A DNA stretch of 32,314 nucleotides from a virus. Its lineage: Duplodnaviria > Caudoviricetes. The stretch covers positions 1 through 32,314 of the IMG/VR virus record IMGVR_UViG_3300004213_000019. One strand, written 5' to 3'. The translations under genes and the position numbers were made by a program. Of the stretch, positions 15,165-24,171 are shown one piece after another (within the stretch, counting starts at the first letter, position 1; each line of letters begins with the position of its first letter). The notes under the pieces are model-generated. The model was not told where the DNA came from. It ran no database searches and worked only from the letters and a program-made list of their open reading frames with translations.

Positions 15165-16415
15165 ATGGCACGAACGACGGCAGAATCGCTGCTGATCTCA
15201 GCCCTGCTGAACAACGAGGACCCGAACGGCGCACGCGGCTACGGTGTCCGACCCGAGTACTTCGCTGGCTACCGCGACGAGTACGAGTGGGTCCTGAACT
15301 ACTACAAGAAGTACAACGTCTGCCCCACCCCCGAGAAGTTGAAGATCGCCTTCCCCGGCTTTCCCCACGACGAGAACGAGATCGACCTGCGCTGGCCAGC
15401 CCAAGAGGTGGCAGAGGCAGCAGCGGGTCGGGAGATCCTCAAGGGAGTCATGCTCGCCAGTGAGGCGATGCGCTCGGGAGACGTGAAGAAGGCGTACTCG
15501 GTGATCGAGCCCCTGCACTACAAGGCGGTCTCAGAGAAGCCGGTGAACCTCCTGGAGGATCCTGCCTACTTCGAGGACTACGAGGACACCAGTGAGATCA
15601 GGGTCCCCATGCCCTGGGACTCTCTCCAGAGCGCCACGCACGGCATCGGGCCGGGGGAGTTGTGGTACTTCGCCGCACGCCCCCAGCAGGGTAAATCCAG
15701 CTTCCTGACCAACATCGCCGTCTCAGCGGCCTGCGCGGGCCAGCGGGTGCTGTTCTACAGCCTGGAGATGACCAAGCGCCAGGTACAGGTCCGTTCCCAC
15801 GCCATCATGGGCCACAGGCTCGGCTGGGGCAACGAGATCGACTCCGAGGCCATGCTGCACCGGACCTGGGACGCCAAGAAGTACCGCAAGCTGGTGGCCG
15901 AGATCAAGGAGTCGGTACCAGGAGAGATCAACGTCCACGACATGGCCATGGGCTCGGTGTCCCCGTCGACGATCATTCCGAGAGCCTCTGAGTACGACCT
16001 CATCATCATCGACTACGTGGGCCTGATGCGCCTCGACGGTGGAGCCCGCTCGGTGGAGGACTGGCGGCACGCTGCGGTCATCTCCAACGAGCTGAAGGAG
16101 ATCGTCCTGGCCAACAAGTCCCGTGTCCTGGCAGCGGCTCAGATCAACCGTGATGGAGACCAGTTCGGCTGGCGTCCACCCAAGCTGAAGCACATTTCCC
16201 AGTCCGACGCTCTCGGGCAGGACGGTGACGTGGTGCTCACCATGAAGCGCTACGGGCGGGGTGCCTCGGTGACCTCCATCGAGAAGAACCGCCACGGTCG
16301 CTCGGGCGATGTCTTCTTCAGCAACTACGACGCGAACCTGGGTGACTTCGACGAGATCACCCGCTCTCGCGCCGACGAGATCGCAGACAACGATGACACC
16401 GAGGAAGACGAATGA
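15165..16415 (+). CDS. dnaB: DnaB-like replicative helicase
   Basis: Walker A AARPQQGKS, YSLEM, IIIDYVG, AAQINR, QDGDVV, EKNRHG; GGGGAGG RBS. Confidence 0.93.
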   Translation: MARTTAESLLISALLNNEDPNGARGYGVRPEYFAGYRDEYEWVLNYYKKYNVCPTPEKLKIAFPGFPHDENEIDLRWPAQEVAEAAAGREILKGVMLASEAMRSGDVKKAYSVIEPLHYKAVSEKPVNLLEDPAYFEDYEDTSEIRVPMPWDSLQSATHGIGPGELWYFAARPQQGKSSFLTNIAVSAACAGQRVLFYSLEMTKRQVQVRSHAIMGHRLGWGNEIDSEAMLHRTWDAKKYRKLVAEIKESVPGEINVHDMAMGSVSPSTIIPRASEYDLIIIDYVGLMRLDGGARSVEDWRHAAVISNELKEIVLANKSRVLAAAQINRDGDQFGWRPPKLKHISQSDALGQDGDVVLTMKRYGRGASVTSIEKNRHGRSGDVFFSNYDANLGDFDEITRSRADEIADNDDTEEDE

Positions 16416-16633
16416 GCTTCAACGCTTTCGAGGCCCGCTACAAGTCCGGTGACTGCGCTGAGTGCGGTGTCTGGATCGAAGAGGGCGACATGATCGGCTA
16501 CAACGACGAGGGCGATCTCGTGCACGAGGAGTGCTACGAGGGTGGCGAGGATGATGAGGGACCCAAGCAGTTCGTCTTCGGCGCTGAGACCGATCACGAG
16601 GCCATCGCCGGTCCCAACGATCAGGTCTGCTGA
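16412..16633 (+). CDS. small zinc-binding protein, 73 aa
   Basis: ARY...CAEC...I..GD.I...HEEC; coupled to helicase and primase. Confidence 0.7.
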   Translation: MSFNAFEARYKSGDCAECGVWIEEGDMIGYNDEGDLVHEECYEGGEDDEGPKQFVFGAETDHEAIAGPNDQVC

Positions 16634-17490
16634 TGGAAGGCGTGTGGGCAACAGGGGGCTACGGCTCCCTGGAAGAAGCACTGACCATCGGTACGGGCTT
16701 GGAGCGGTCCTACGTCTGCCAGGCCCATGATGACCACACAGCCAGCGCCTCGGTGAACTCCGTGTCGGGGCTGTTCATCTGCTACACCTGTGGTCACAAG
16801 GGCAAGGTGGACCTCGACAAGATCGTGGTCACCGCAGAGGGTGTTCAGCAGTTCGTCAGCCGCATCCACAAGAAACTGAACCCCAACAGCGACCGCTACT
16901 CCGAGACCTGGCTGAACATGTTCGACAGCAACGGTCCTGGTGACTACTGGCTGTCGCGCTACACCCCAGAGGCGGCGAAGTTCTTCCGCCTCGGTCAGAC
17001 GCCCACCACGGCCACGTACCCGATGAGGGACAACCAGGGCGAGGTGATGGGTGTAGTCACCAGGGACCTGACCGGCACTGACAGGGCGAAGTACCGCTAC
17101 CCCTCCGACGTGCAGGTCGCTCAGTACCTGATCGACTACCACCGGGTGGAGACCGACGACATCGTGCTCGTGGAGGGCATGAGCGACGTGGTGGCAGCCT
17201 ACGAGACCGGACACCACGCAACCCTTGGGTGCTACAAGGCTGGGCTCTCCAGCGACCAGGTGAAGCTCCTGCGCAAGTACGCACCACGCACGGTTTATGT
17301 CGCTTTCGACATGGACACCGCTGGCAACGAGGGGGCCGAGAAGGTTCGACAGAAGCTGTCGTGGTTCACCAAGGTCAAGCGTCTGTGGTGGCAGGGCTAC
17401 AAGGACATCGCAGCCATCCCCCTGGAGAGCCGCAAGGCCATGTTCGATCAGATCCTCGATAACAATCGGGTCACGGCGCTTGCTCGGTAG
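16633..17490 (+). CDS. dnaG: DNA primase (CHC2 zinc finger + TOPRIM)
   Basis: CQAHDD...CYTC; LVEGMSD; FDMDTAG. Confidence 0.9.
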   Translation: MEGVWATGGYGSLEEALTIGTGLERSYVCQAHDDHTASASVNSVSGLFICYTCGHKGKVDLDKIVVTAEGVQQFVSRIHKKLNPNSDRYSETWLNMFDSNGPGDYWLSRYTPEAAKFFRLGQTPTTATYPMRDNQGEVMGVVTRDLTGTDRAKYRYPSDVQVAQYLIDYHRVETDDIVLVEGMSDVVAAYETGHHATLGCYKAGLSSDQVKLLRKYAPRTVYVAFDMDTAGNEGAEKVRQKLSWFTKVKRLWWQGYKDIAAIPLESRKAMFDQILDNNRVTALAR

Positions 17491-17514
17491 GGCAGCTTGG
17501 ATTAGATTGAGGAC
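17480..17514 (+). promoter_or_regulatory. promoter for a probably leaderless transcript
   Basis: TTGCTC-N17-TAGATT followed by 6 nt and the ATG at 17515. Confidence 0.55.
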
Positions 17515-17952
17515 ATGCCAATCAAGCTAGTTGACTCGCCGCCCACGGTAGAGGAACTCATCCACAATCTGCGCTACGCGGACCTCGCTCTGGAGGAGGC
17601 GAAGAAGGCCAAGGAGGCGGCTTCGAAGGCGCTCCAGGACCACCTGCTCGCCACCCAGTTCAAGAGCAAAACTGTCAGCGCCTCGTGGGACCCTTCGAAG
17701 AGTCTCAGAGCTGTCTACGTGGCCAACAACCGCATCACCATCAACGAGGAGGGACTCAGGAAAGCAATCGGAGCCGCAGCGTTCAAGAAGGTCAGCATCA
17801 CCAAGGTGGACCGATCACTGCTCGAAGACGCGATCAGTCAGAACGAGTTGGACCCGCAGATCGTGAAGCAGTTCATCAAGGTCGACTCCCACCCCTACAT
17901 CCGAGTCAGCGAGATCGTCACTCCCGAGGAGACAGATGAACCAACCTCGTAA
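17515..17952 (+). CDS. hypothetical protein, 145 aa
   Basis: N-terminal coiled coil, C-terminal KVD...L...I motif; GC3 bias. Confidence 0.75.
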   Translation: MPIKLVDSPPTVEELIHNLRYADLALEEAKKAKEAASKALQDHLLATQFKSKTVSASWDPSKSLRAVYVANNRITINEEGLRKAIGAAAFKKVSITKVDRSLLEDAISQNELDPQIVKQFIKVDSHPYIRVSEIVTPEETDEPTS

Positions 17953-18241
17953 GCGGTCCTCTGACCACCCCCGTCCTGCACCTCCGTCCCCCGCAGCGAT
18001 GATCGTCGCCAAGCTGGACGGCACCTACTACATGATGAGCGAAGCATCACAGATCACCGGCATCCCGGTGAGCACTCTCCGCAAGTGGACCCGTATGGAC
18101 AACCCACCAGTCAACGCCCCCAGCCAGGAAGTCATTAGCGGGCAGATGAAGATCTATCTCTTCACTCCCGACGACATTGAAGAGCTGAAGGCGTACCGCA
18201 AGGCAACCACCACTACCAGCAGGAAGAAGCACTCGAAATGA
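17936..18241 (+). CDS. MerR-like HTH DNA-binding protein
   Basis: YMMSEASQITGIPVSTLRKW ... YLFTPDDIEEL. Confidence 0.8.
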   Translation: MNQPRKRSSDHPRPAPPSPAAMIVAKLDGTYYMMSEASQITGIPVSTLRKWTRMDNPPVNAPSQEVISGQMKIYLFTPDDIEELKAYRKATTTTSRKKHSK

Positions 18242-19167
18242 CAGAGGCAGCAATCGAAACGATGACCTTCGGCGTCTCGGCAGACCAGGACACTGGCTCG
18301 TCGGGCGGCGGCGGGGACTACATCCGCTACATCAACAAGGAGGGCGAGTTCACCTTCCGGTTCCTCCAGGACTTCAACCAGTGGACCTCCTACTGGGAGC
18401 ACTACTCCAACGCCAAGCGGGCCTCATACCCCTGCACCGGCCAGAAGCGCTCCTGCCCCGGCTGCAACTCCGAGGACGAGAAGGAGGCCAAGGCCAGCAA
18501 GAAGCTTCTGGTCAACGCCATCCACATCGACCCCGAGAGCGACGGAGAGGGCTACGTCAACCTCTGGAAGATGCCTGGTGGCACGCTGGACGACTTCAAG
18601 CGCTACTCGCGTCTGGACGGCAACAGCCTGACCAAGCGGCCCTTCGTGGTCATCCGTACCAAGAAGGACGGTCGGGTCAGCTATTCCACCGACAAGATGG
18701 ACCGTGAGGAGTTCAACACCGCCAAGTACGCCGATCAGCTCCAGGACCACCAGAAGGCCCTGAACGAGGCGTACCGGCAGGCATGGGACCCCGAGGCTCT
18801 CGCTGAGCGTGAGGCCGACCGCAAGGCCGCAGCCAAGCGTAAGGAAGACCGGGAGAACGAGCAGGCAGCCGAGGAGGCTGTGGCAGAGACCCCCGAGGAG
18901 GCACCGCCGTTCGAGCTTCAGAGCAAGGAGGAGCGCGAGGCCGCTGCACCCAAGGCCAAGCTCTCCCTGGTCGCTCCTGAGCCCGAGCCGGAACCAGAGC
19001 CTGAGCCTGAGCCGGTCACGGAGGAAGAGGTCACCCTCACCACCGAGAGCGTGCGCAAGTCGACCATCCCGCAGTTGAAGAAGCTGTTCAAGATGGCTGG
19101 CCTGGAAGTTCCCGAGTACGAGGACCAGAAGGATCTGGCGAACCAGCTCATCAAGCTTCTGTCCTGA
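18238..19167 (+). CDS. ssb: single-stranded DNA-binding protein (gp32-like) with long C-terminal extension
   Basis: FTFRFL, YWEHY, CTG....CPGC zinc site, LVNA; located between primase and polymerase. Confidence 0.75.
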   Translation: MTEAAIETMTFGVSADQDTGSSGGGGDYIRYINKEGEFTFRFLQDFNQWTSYWEHYSNAKRASYPCTGQKRSCPGCNSEDEKEAKASKKLLVNAIHIDPESDGEGYVNLWKMPGGTLDDFKRYSRLDGNSLTKRPFVVIRTKKDGRVSYSTDKMDREEFNTAKYADQLQDHQKALNEAYRQAWDPEALAEREADRKAAAKRKEDRENEQAAEEAVAETPEEAPPFELQSKEEREAAAPKAKLSLVAPEPEPEPEPEPEPVTEEEVTLTTESVRKSTIPQLKKLFKMAGLEVPEYEDQKDLANQLIKLLS

Positions 19168-19174
19168 AAAACAA

Positions 19175-19207
19175 GAGAGGGACCCGTGTCGCAGCCGGGT
19201 CCCTCTC
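19175..19207. terminator. 12-bp hairpin between ssb and dnaE
   Basis: GAGAGGGACCCG/CGGGTCCCTCTC; A-tract on the 5' side (U-tract on minus strand). Confidence 0.7.
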
Positions 19208-19223
19208 CCACATCTAACTGGGG

Positions 19224-22085
19224 ATGACCAAAATTATGGCACGGATTCGAATCGCAGACAACAGCCCAAAAACCCCCAAGTACTTCTCAGTTCACACCCA
19301 CAGCCGCTACTCCGCGCAGGACGCCCTTCCGAGCGTCAAGGACATCGTGACCCGAGCCGCTGAACTCGGCTACCAGGGCCTGGGACTGACCGATCACGGC
19401 AACATGGCTGGGTCCATCGAGCTGTACATGGAGTGCCAGAAGGTGGGCATCAAGCCCTTCCCTGGCTCGGAGATGTACCTCGTGTTGGACCGCTCGGACA
19501 AGAAGGCCAAGCGCTACCACATGTGCCTGCTGGCTTATACCTCGCAGGGCTACCGCAACCTGGTCAAGATCAGCACCGACAGTCACAAGAACTTCCACAA
19601 CAAGCCGCTGGTTGACATGTCCGACCTGGCGCGCTACCACGACCTCGGCTGGTCTGAGGGCATCGCTCTCACCACCGGGTGCTTCTTCGGCCTGGTGATC
19701 ACTCGTCTGATCAACGACGGGTACGAGGCAGCCAAGCAGGTCGTGGCCTCCTACGCCTCCTGGTTCGACACCTACGTCGAGATCCAAGACCACTGCATCG
19801 AACACGACGAAATGGATGAAGATGAGATCGCTGAGAACCTTGCTCGGATTGCCGAAGAGCTTGATCTACCGGTCATTGTTACGCAGGACAGCCACTACGT
19901 CCACGCTGACGACAAGCCAGTCCATGAAACACTCAAGCGCCTTGTGTCTTTCGGAACAGACGCTGATGAAGCTGTCTTCCCGGGAGATGGCTTCCATCTG
20001 GTGGATGACGCGTGGATGGAACGTCATCACTCGGAGGCTATCTACAACCGAGGGCTTGCCGGTCTGGAACTTCTCCTTTCTCGGCATGACCTCCGCATCC
20101 CTGAGGCGGATGAGTACAACTATCGAGTCCCATCTATCAGTGACGACCCGATTGGAGATCTCCGAAAGCGTTGTACTGCGGCTCTACTCAGACGGGGGCT
20201 TCTTCAGGATAAATACCTCGACCGTCTGGCCGAAGAGATCGAAGTTGTCGAAGCCTCTCGGATGGGCAACTACCTTCTCCTCGTAGCTCAGGTCACCGAC
20301 TGGATGAGGGCCAACAATATCTTCTTCCAGACTCGTGGTTCGGCTGCGGGCTCGCTGATCTGCTGGATGCTGGGCATCTCCAACATCGATCCGATCAAGT
20401 GGGGTGCTCGCTTCGACCGCTTCCTGTCCAAGGACCGCACCAAGCCACCGGACATCGACCTGGACGTGGAGAACATCTACCGCCAGAAGGTCATGGAGAT
20501 GCTTGCAGAGCGCTACGCAGTCGGCCAGATGTGCACGTGGTCGGTCCTGGGGCTCAACGCAGACGAGCAGGGCAAGGGCTCGCTGAAGGTCAAGTACTTC
20601 GGCAAGATGCGCGCCTACGCCAAGGCCAAGGGCGTGGAGCTGCCTGCTCTCACCTGGGAGACTGTCCCTGCTGAGGACAAGAAGATGCTCTACACGCTGT
20701 CCGACCACGAGGCCCTGGCCAACGCCGGGGTCCACCCGTGCGGCATGGTGCTGGTGAACTCCAGGACCGAGCTGGAAGAGATGGTGCCCATGATGTGGGT
20801 GGCCTCCTCCAAGACGATGGTGACCCAGTACGACGGTCCGGTGATCGAGTCCATCGGCCTGATCAAGCTCGACCTGCTGGGGTCGAAGACCATGAGCGTG
20901 CTGAGAATCGCCTGTGAGAACATCGGCATCTCCACCGATGACCTGGACAAGATCCCGTTCAACTCCTCCAAGGCGTACCAGATGATCGCCAAGGGGGACA
21001 CGGACGGCTTCTTCCAGATGGAGGGCTACACGACCCAGCGCGGCTGTCGTGACATGAAGCCCAACAAGATCAGCGAGGTCATCGACGTGATGGCCCTGTT
21101 CCGCCCTGGTGTGATGAACTCCGGTGCCACCCAGTCCTACATCGACCGGAAGTTCGGTCGGCAACGGATACCGGAGCGTCACGAGATCATCGACAAGGGC
21201 ACCAAGAGCACCAGAGGCATCCTGCTGTACCAGGACCAGATCATCGCCATCCTGCGTGACCTGGGGCTGTCTCCGGACGATCTGACGGCGTTCCTCAAGG
21301 CCGTGAAGGCGTCCAACAAGAACGTCGAGAAGGCGAAGAAGGACATCGACCACTACATGCCCATCATCGAGGGCCTGTGCAAAGAGAGGGGGATGAGCGA
21401 TGAGGACTTCGCCTGGATGCAAGAGGCTTTTGTCGCGTTTGCTGAGTACTCGTTCAACATCGCCCACGCTACGGTTTACGGGATCACTGCGTACCGGTGC
21501 GCTTATCTGGCAATCCACTACGGGGTTCAGTTCCATGCAGCTCTTCTGGCGGTGGCGTCGGGCACCGATAAGGAAGCGCAGTACATCACTGCCACCCGCA
21601 AGCGTGGCTACCGGATCAAGCGACCGGACATCAACTCGTCAGGTCTGGTCTACACCGTCGACAAATCTGGAAAGTCGATTCGAAAGGGCCTACTCTCAGT
21701 GCCTGGCGTCGGACTGGGGATGGCACCCGACATCGTTGCCAGCCAGCCCTACAGCGACTGGGATGACTTCGCCACCAAGATGATCGGCACCAAGGTGACT
21801 GGCATCAAGCCGTTCAAGCCGGGAGAGACCTCAGAGGCCGAACTGGTGGGGGCGGTGGCCAAGCTCCATGCAGCGGGCGCGTTCGAGGACTCCATCGGTT
21901 CTCTGCCCCTGGGTAATGGCAAGGTCAAGAAAGTGATCAAGCTGTTACCTGATCCAGAGGAACATGAGGAGCCTGAAAGCGCTGACGACGACTACCTTGA
22001 AGAGGAACCAGTCGAAGAGTCAGGAGTGACCATCACGATCAACATCAACGGCAGGACCCACAGATTGGTTGAGGAGACCGCATGA
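19224..22085 (+). CDS. dnaE: DNA polymerase III alpha subunit (family C, PHP + palm), 953 aa
   Basis: HTHSRYS, TDHGN, QDSHY (PHP); RGSAAGSL, PDIDLD, KLDLLG, YQDQI, FNIAHA. Confidence 0.95.
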   Translation: MTKIMARIRIADNSPKTPKYFSVHTHSRYSAQDALPSVKDIVTRAAELGYQGLGLTDHGNMAGSIELYMECQKVGIKPFPGSEMYLVLDRSDKKAKRYHMCLLAYTSQGYRNLVKISTDSHKNFHNKPLVDMSDLARYHDLGWSEGIALTTGCFFGLVITRLINDGYEAAKQVVASYASWFDTYVEIQDHCIEHDEMDEDEIAENLARIAEELDLPVIVTQDSHYVHADDKPVHETLKRLVSFGTDADEAVFPGDGFHLVDDAWMERHHSEAIYNRGLAGLELLLSRHDLRIPEADEYNYRVPSISDDPIGDLRKRCTAALLRRGLLQDKYLDRLAEEIEVVEASRMGNYLLLVAQVTDWMRANNIFFQTRGSAAGSLICWMLGISNIDPIKWGARFDRFLSKDRTKPPDIDLDVENIYRQKVMEMLAERYAVGQMCTWSVLGLNADEQGKGSLKVKYFGKMRAYAKAKGVELPALTWETVPAEDKKMLYTLSDHEALANAGVHPCGMVLVNSRTELEEMVPMMWVASSKTMVTQYDGPVIESIGLIKLDLLGSKTMSVLRIACENIGISTDDLDKIPFNSSKAYQMIAKGDTDGFFQMEGYTTQRGCRDMKPNKISEVIDVMALFRPGVMNSGATQSYIDRKFGRQRIPERHEIIDKGTKSTRGILLYQDQIIAILRDLGLSPDDLTAFLKAVKASNKNVEKAKKDIDHYMPIIEGLCKERGMSDEDFAWMQEAFVAFAEYSFNIAHATVYGITAYRCAYLAIHYGVQFHAALLAVASGTDKEAQYITATRKRGYRIKRPDINSSGLVYTVDKSGKSIRKGLLSVPGVGLGMAPDIVASQPYSDWDDFATKMIGTKVTGIKPFKPGETSEAELVGAVAKLHAAGAFEDSIGSLPLGNGKVKKVIKLLPDPEEHEEPESADDDYLEEEPVEESGVTITININGRTHRLVEETA
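19816..20286 (+). CDS. putative overprinted +1-frame gene inside dnaE, 156 aa
   Basis: ORF limits match a sharp rise in A/T-ending dnaE codons. Confidence 0.5.
   Translation: MKMRSLRTLLGLPKSLIYRSLLRRTATTSTLTTSQSMKHSSALCLSEQTLMKLSSREMASIWWMTRGWNVITRRLSTTEGLPVWNFSFLGMTSASLRRMSTTIESHLSVTTRLEISESVVLRLYSDGGFFRINTSTVWPKRSKLSKPLGWATTFSS
21400..21783 (+). CDS. second putative overprinted +1-frame gene inside dnaE, 127 aa
   Basis: GAGAGGGGG upstream of ATG; local rise in A/T-ending dnaE codons. Confidence 0.35.
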   Translation: MRTSPGCKRLLSRLLSTRSTSPTLRFTGSLRTGALIWQSTTGFSSMQLFWRWRRAPIRKRSTSLPPASVATGSSDRTSTRQVWSTPSTNLESRFERAYSQCLASDWGWHPTSLPASPTATGMTSPPR

Positions 22086-22405
22086 GCCGATGGATTCAGT
22101 GCGACGTGTGTGAGACGCCGCAAGAGATCGACAATGAGCCGACCTTCATCGAGGTGAAGCTGCCAGGAAATCTTCTAGGCGAGCAGGACAATGAGCGGCT
22201 CCCTCTGGACGTGTGTTCGGTGGAGTGCCTGGTGGACATGGGCGTGAAGCTCTCCGGAGGCGTGGAGGAGCCCAAGGAGCCAGACGAGCAGCCAGCGGCG
22301 AAGCCACCCAAGGCTTCGTCTGGATCGTTCCTTCCGATGACCCCGGCCCCAGATGACCCAGACCTTCCTCCACCGATGGTCTTGGGTGAAGTCACCGTCA
22401 GATGA
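22082..22405 (+). CDS. hypothetical zinc-ribbon protein, 107 aa
   Basis: CDVC ... DVCSVEC; ATGA overlap with dnaE. Confidence 0.75.
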   Translation: MSRWIQCDVCETPQEIDNEPTFIEVKLPGNLLGEQDNERLPLDVCSVECLVDMGVKLSGGVEEPKEPDEQPAAKPPKASSGSFLPMTPAPDDPDLPPPMVLGEVTVR

Positions 22406-22444
22406 CACACTTGACCAAGCACACTCTTATCTGAAAGAGGACTG

Positions 22445-23101
22445 ATGACCAAGCCACTATGGAGTGAAGCAGAGAGGCTGGCGGCTGAAGCGCTGGCCAG
22501 GAAGAAGGAACTGGAAGCCAAGAAGAAGGCCGAAGCGGAGGCGAAAGCAGCCGCTGCTGCGCTGGACAGGCTGTTTGCGTTCAAGGAGACGGCACGGCAC
22601 TCGACCTACGGCGGCTACGGCTACGTCGGGGCTAGCAGGATGAACAAGGCCACTCACGACGCCATCGTGCAGGCGCACAACCTCGCTGGCCAGAAGGCGT
22701 CCTTCAGCCAGGGTGGGCTCAACGGAGGCGCTGTGTCTGCCTCTGCCTCGACCCACAACGGGCTGGGCGTGGCCGATACCCGTACGACATCGGTGGGCAT
22801 CTCTTTGGCCGAAGCCAAGAGGATCGTCTCCTACGGCTTCGAGTGCGGTGCCATTGGGATGATCCGAGGCATGGGCGGTCCGGACAACATGGTCCCGCAT
22901 ATCCACTGGGTGATGTATGACATGCGCTCCACCCAGCACTCCTCTACCGAGGATCAGCTCTATGCCAACTACTGGGGCGTCCTCGATGGTGGAGGCGGTC
23001 TGGGTGGTGCACGCAACGCACGCTGGTGGGGACCGGAGCGCAAGAAGCCGGTTCGCTGGTCTGACAGCAAGTACAACCCGAAGAACGGATGGAAGCCCTG
23101 A
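22445..23101 (+). CDS. putative peptidoglycan endopeptidase (M15/LAS-like lysin domain)
   Basis: QGG...SASTH.G.GVAD ... PHIHWV zinc motifs; adjacent to muramidase. Confidence 0.65.
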   Translation: MTKPLWSEAERLAAEALARKKELEAKKKAEAEAKAAAAALDRLFAFKETARHSTYGGYGYVGASRMNKATHDAIVQAHNLAGQKASFSQGGLNGGAVSASASTHNGLGVADTRTTSVGISLAEAKRIVSYGFECGAIGMIRGMGGPDNMVPHIHWVMYDMRSTQHSSTEDQLYANYWGVLDGGGGLGGARNARWWGPERKKPVRWSDSKYNPKNGWKP

Positions 23102-24171
23102 TGCCTCTCCAGCCATCAGTGATCAAGGCGTGGCCCCCGCACGTCAAGAAGTTCGAGGGACAGCTCACCTGGATGTACCTCGACACCAAGAACAAGGTCA
23201 CCACGGGTACCGGCAACCTGATCGACAGCGTGTCTGCCGCCCAGGCTCTGCCCTGGTACAAGGGTTCACGTCGAGCCACCAAGGAGGAGATCAAGGACGA
23301 GTGGAACTACGTCAAGAGTCGCAAGGACCTCTCGAAGCGTTCTGGGTGGGCCTATGACGACGTGACCAAGCTTCGTCTCCACCAGAGCGAAGTGGACCGC
23401 CTGCTCACTGAGACGACCAAGAAGTTCTGGTCGAACCTCTCCAACAGGTGGCCGATCCTCAACAACGCACCTGCCGACGCTCAGCTCGTGGCTCTGGACA
23501 TGGCCTGGCAGAATGGCCCAGGGTTCCTGGACCTGAAGAGCAACGGCAAGTGGGTCTGGCCCAACATGAGGGCTGCGTGGCAAGACGGTGACTGGTCCAA
23601 GGCTGCTGACTCAGTACCCGGTAGTGGCTCTCGTGCGGTGATCCGCAAGCGGCTGTTCAAGAACGCAGGAGCGGTGGTCAAGCTCAACCTCGACCGCTCG
23701 AAGCTGTGGAACATGACTACCCCGTTCGGTACCGCCCAAGAGGTGCCGGTCAAGGAAACCCCAACAGAATGGATGATCAACATGAAGGACGTGTACTCCG
23801 GTACCAGCAAGGACCAGGCTCTGAAGCCCGGTGAGCAGGACGTGAAGATCAACGACGACGGTGGAGTGAGCATCATCGGCGGCGCGAACAAGGGAGTCGA
23901 CCTCCTGGCGTCTGTGGCCTTCAACCGGGAGCCCCCGAAGGGCACTGAGCTGCTCTGGCGCATCGTCGACTACAAGTCGGGTGACAACAAGATCGCCCAC
24001 AACCGCCAGTCCGAGAGCGCGCTCCAGAAGTGCTCGATCAACTTCAAGGGCGCGATCCCCGCAGACTCGGGCAAGGACCGTGAGATGCGGTTGCGCGTGG
24101 TCTGCGTGGTGCCCGCTGGTGTCACCGATCTGGTGATCACCAACGTCCAGATCACCGGATGGAAGATGTAG
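23101..24171 (+). CDS. endolysin, lysozyme-like (GH24-type) catalytic domain + C-terminal domain
   Basis: FEG....MYLD....VTTGTGNL catalytic E/D/T pattern; ALDMAWQNG. Confidence 0.8.
   Translation: MPLQPSVIKAWPPHVKKFEGQLTWMYLDTKNKVTTGTGNLIDSVSAAQALPWYKGSRRATKEEIKDEWNYVKSRKDLSKRSGWAYDDVTKLRLHQSEVDRLLTETTKKFWSNLSNRWPILNNAPADAQLVALDMAWQNGPGFLDLKSNGKWVWPNMRAAWQDGDWSKAADSVPGSGSRAVIRKRLFKNAGAVVKLNLDRSKLWNMTTPFGTAQEVPVKETPTEWMINMKDVYSGTSKDQALKPGEQDVKINDDGGVSIIGGANKGVDLLASVAFNREPPKGTELLWRIVDYKSGDNKIAHNRQSESALQKCSINFKGAIPADSGKDREMRLRVVCVVPAGVTDLVITNVQITGWKM

Noticed and set aside
19224-22085. Intein or intron as cause of the codon anomalies in dnaE
   Set aside because: The low-GC3 segments encode ordinary conserved DnaE motifs (QDSHY, FNIAHA, PDIN) with no splice-junction residues or extra length.
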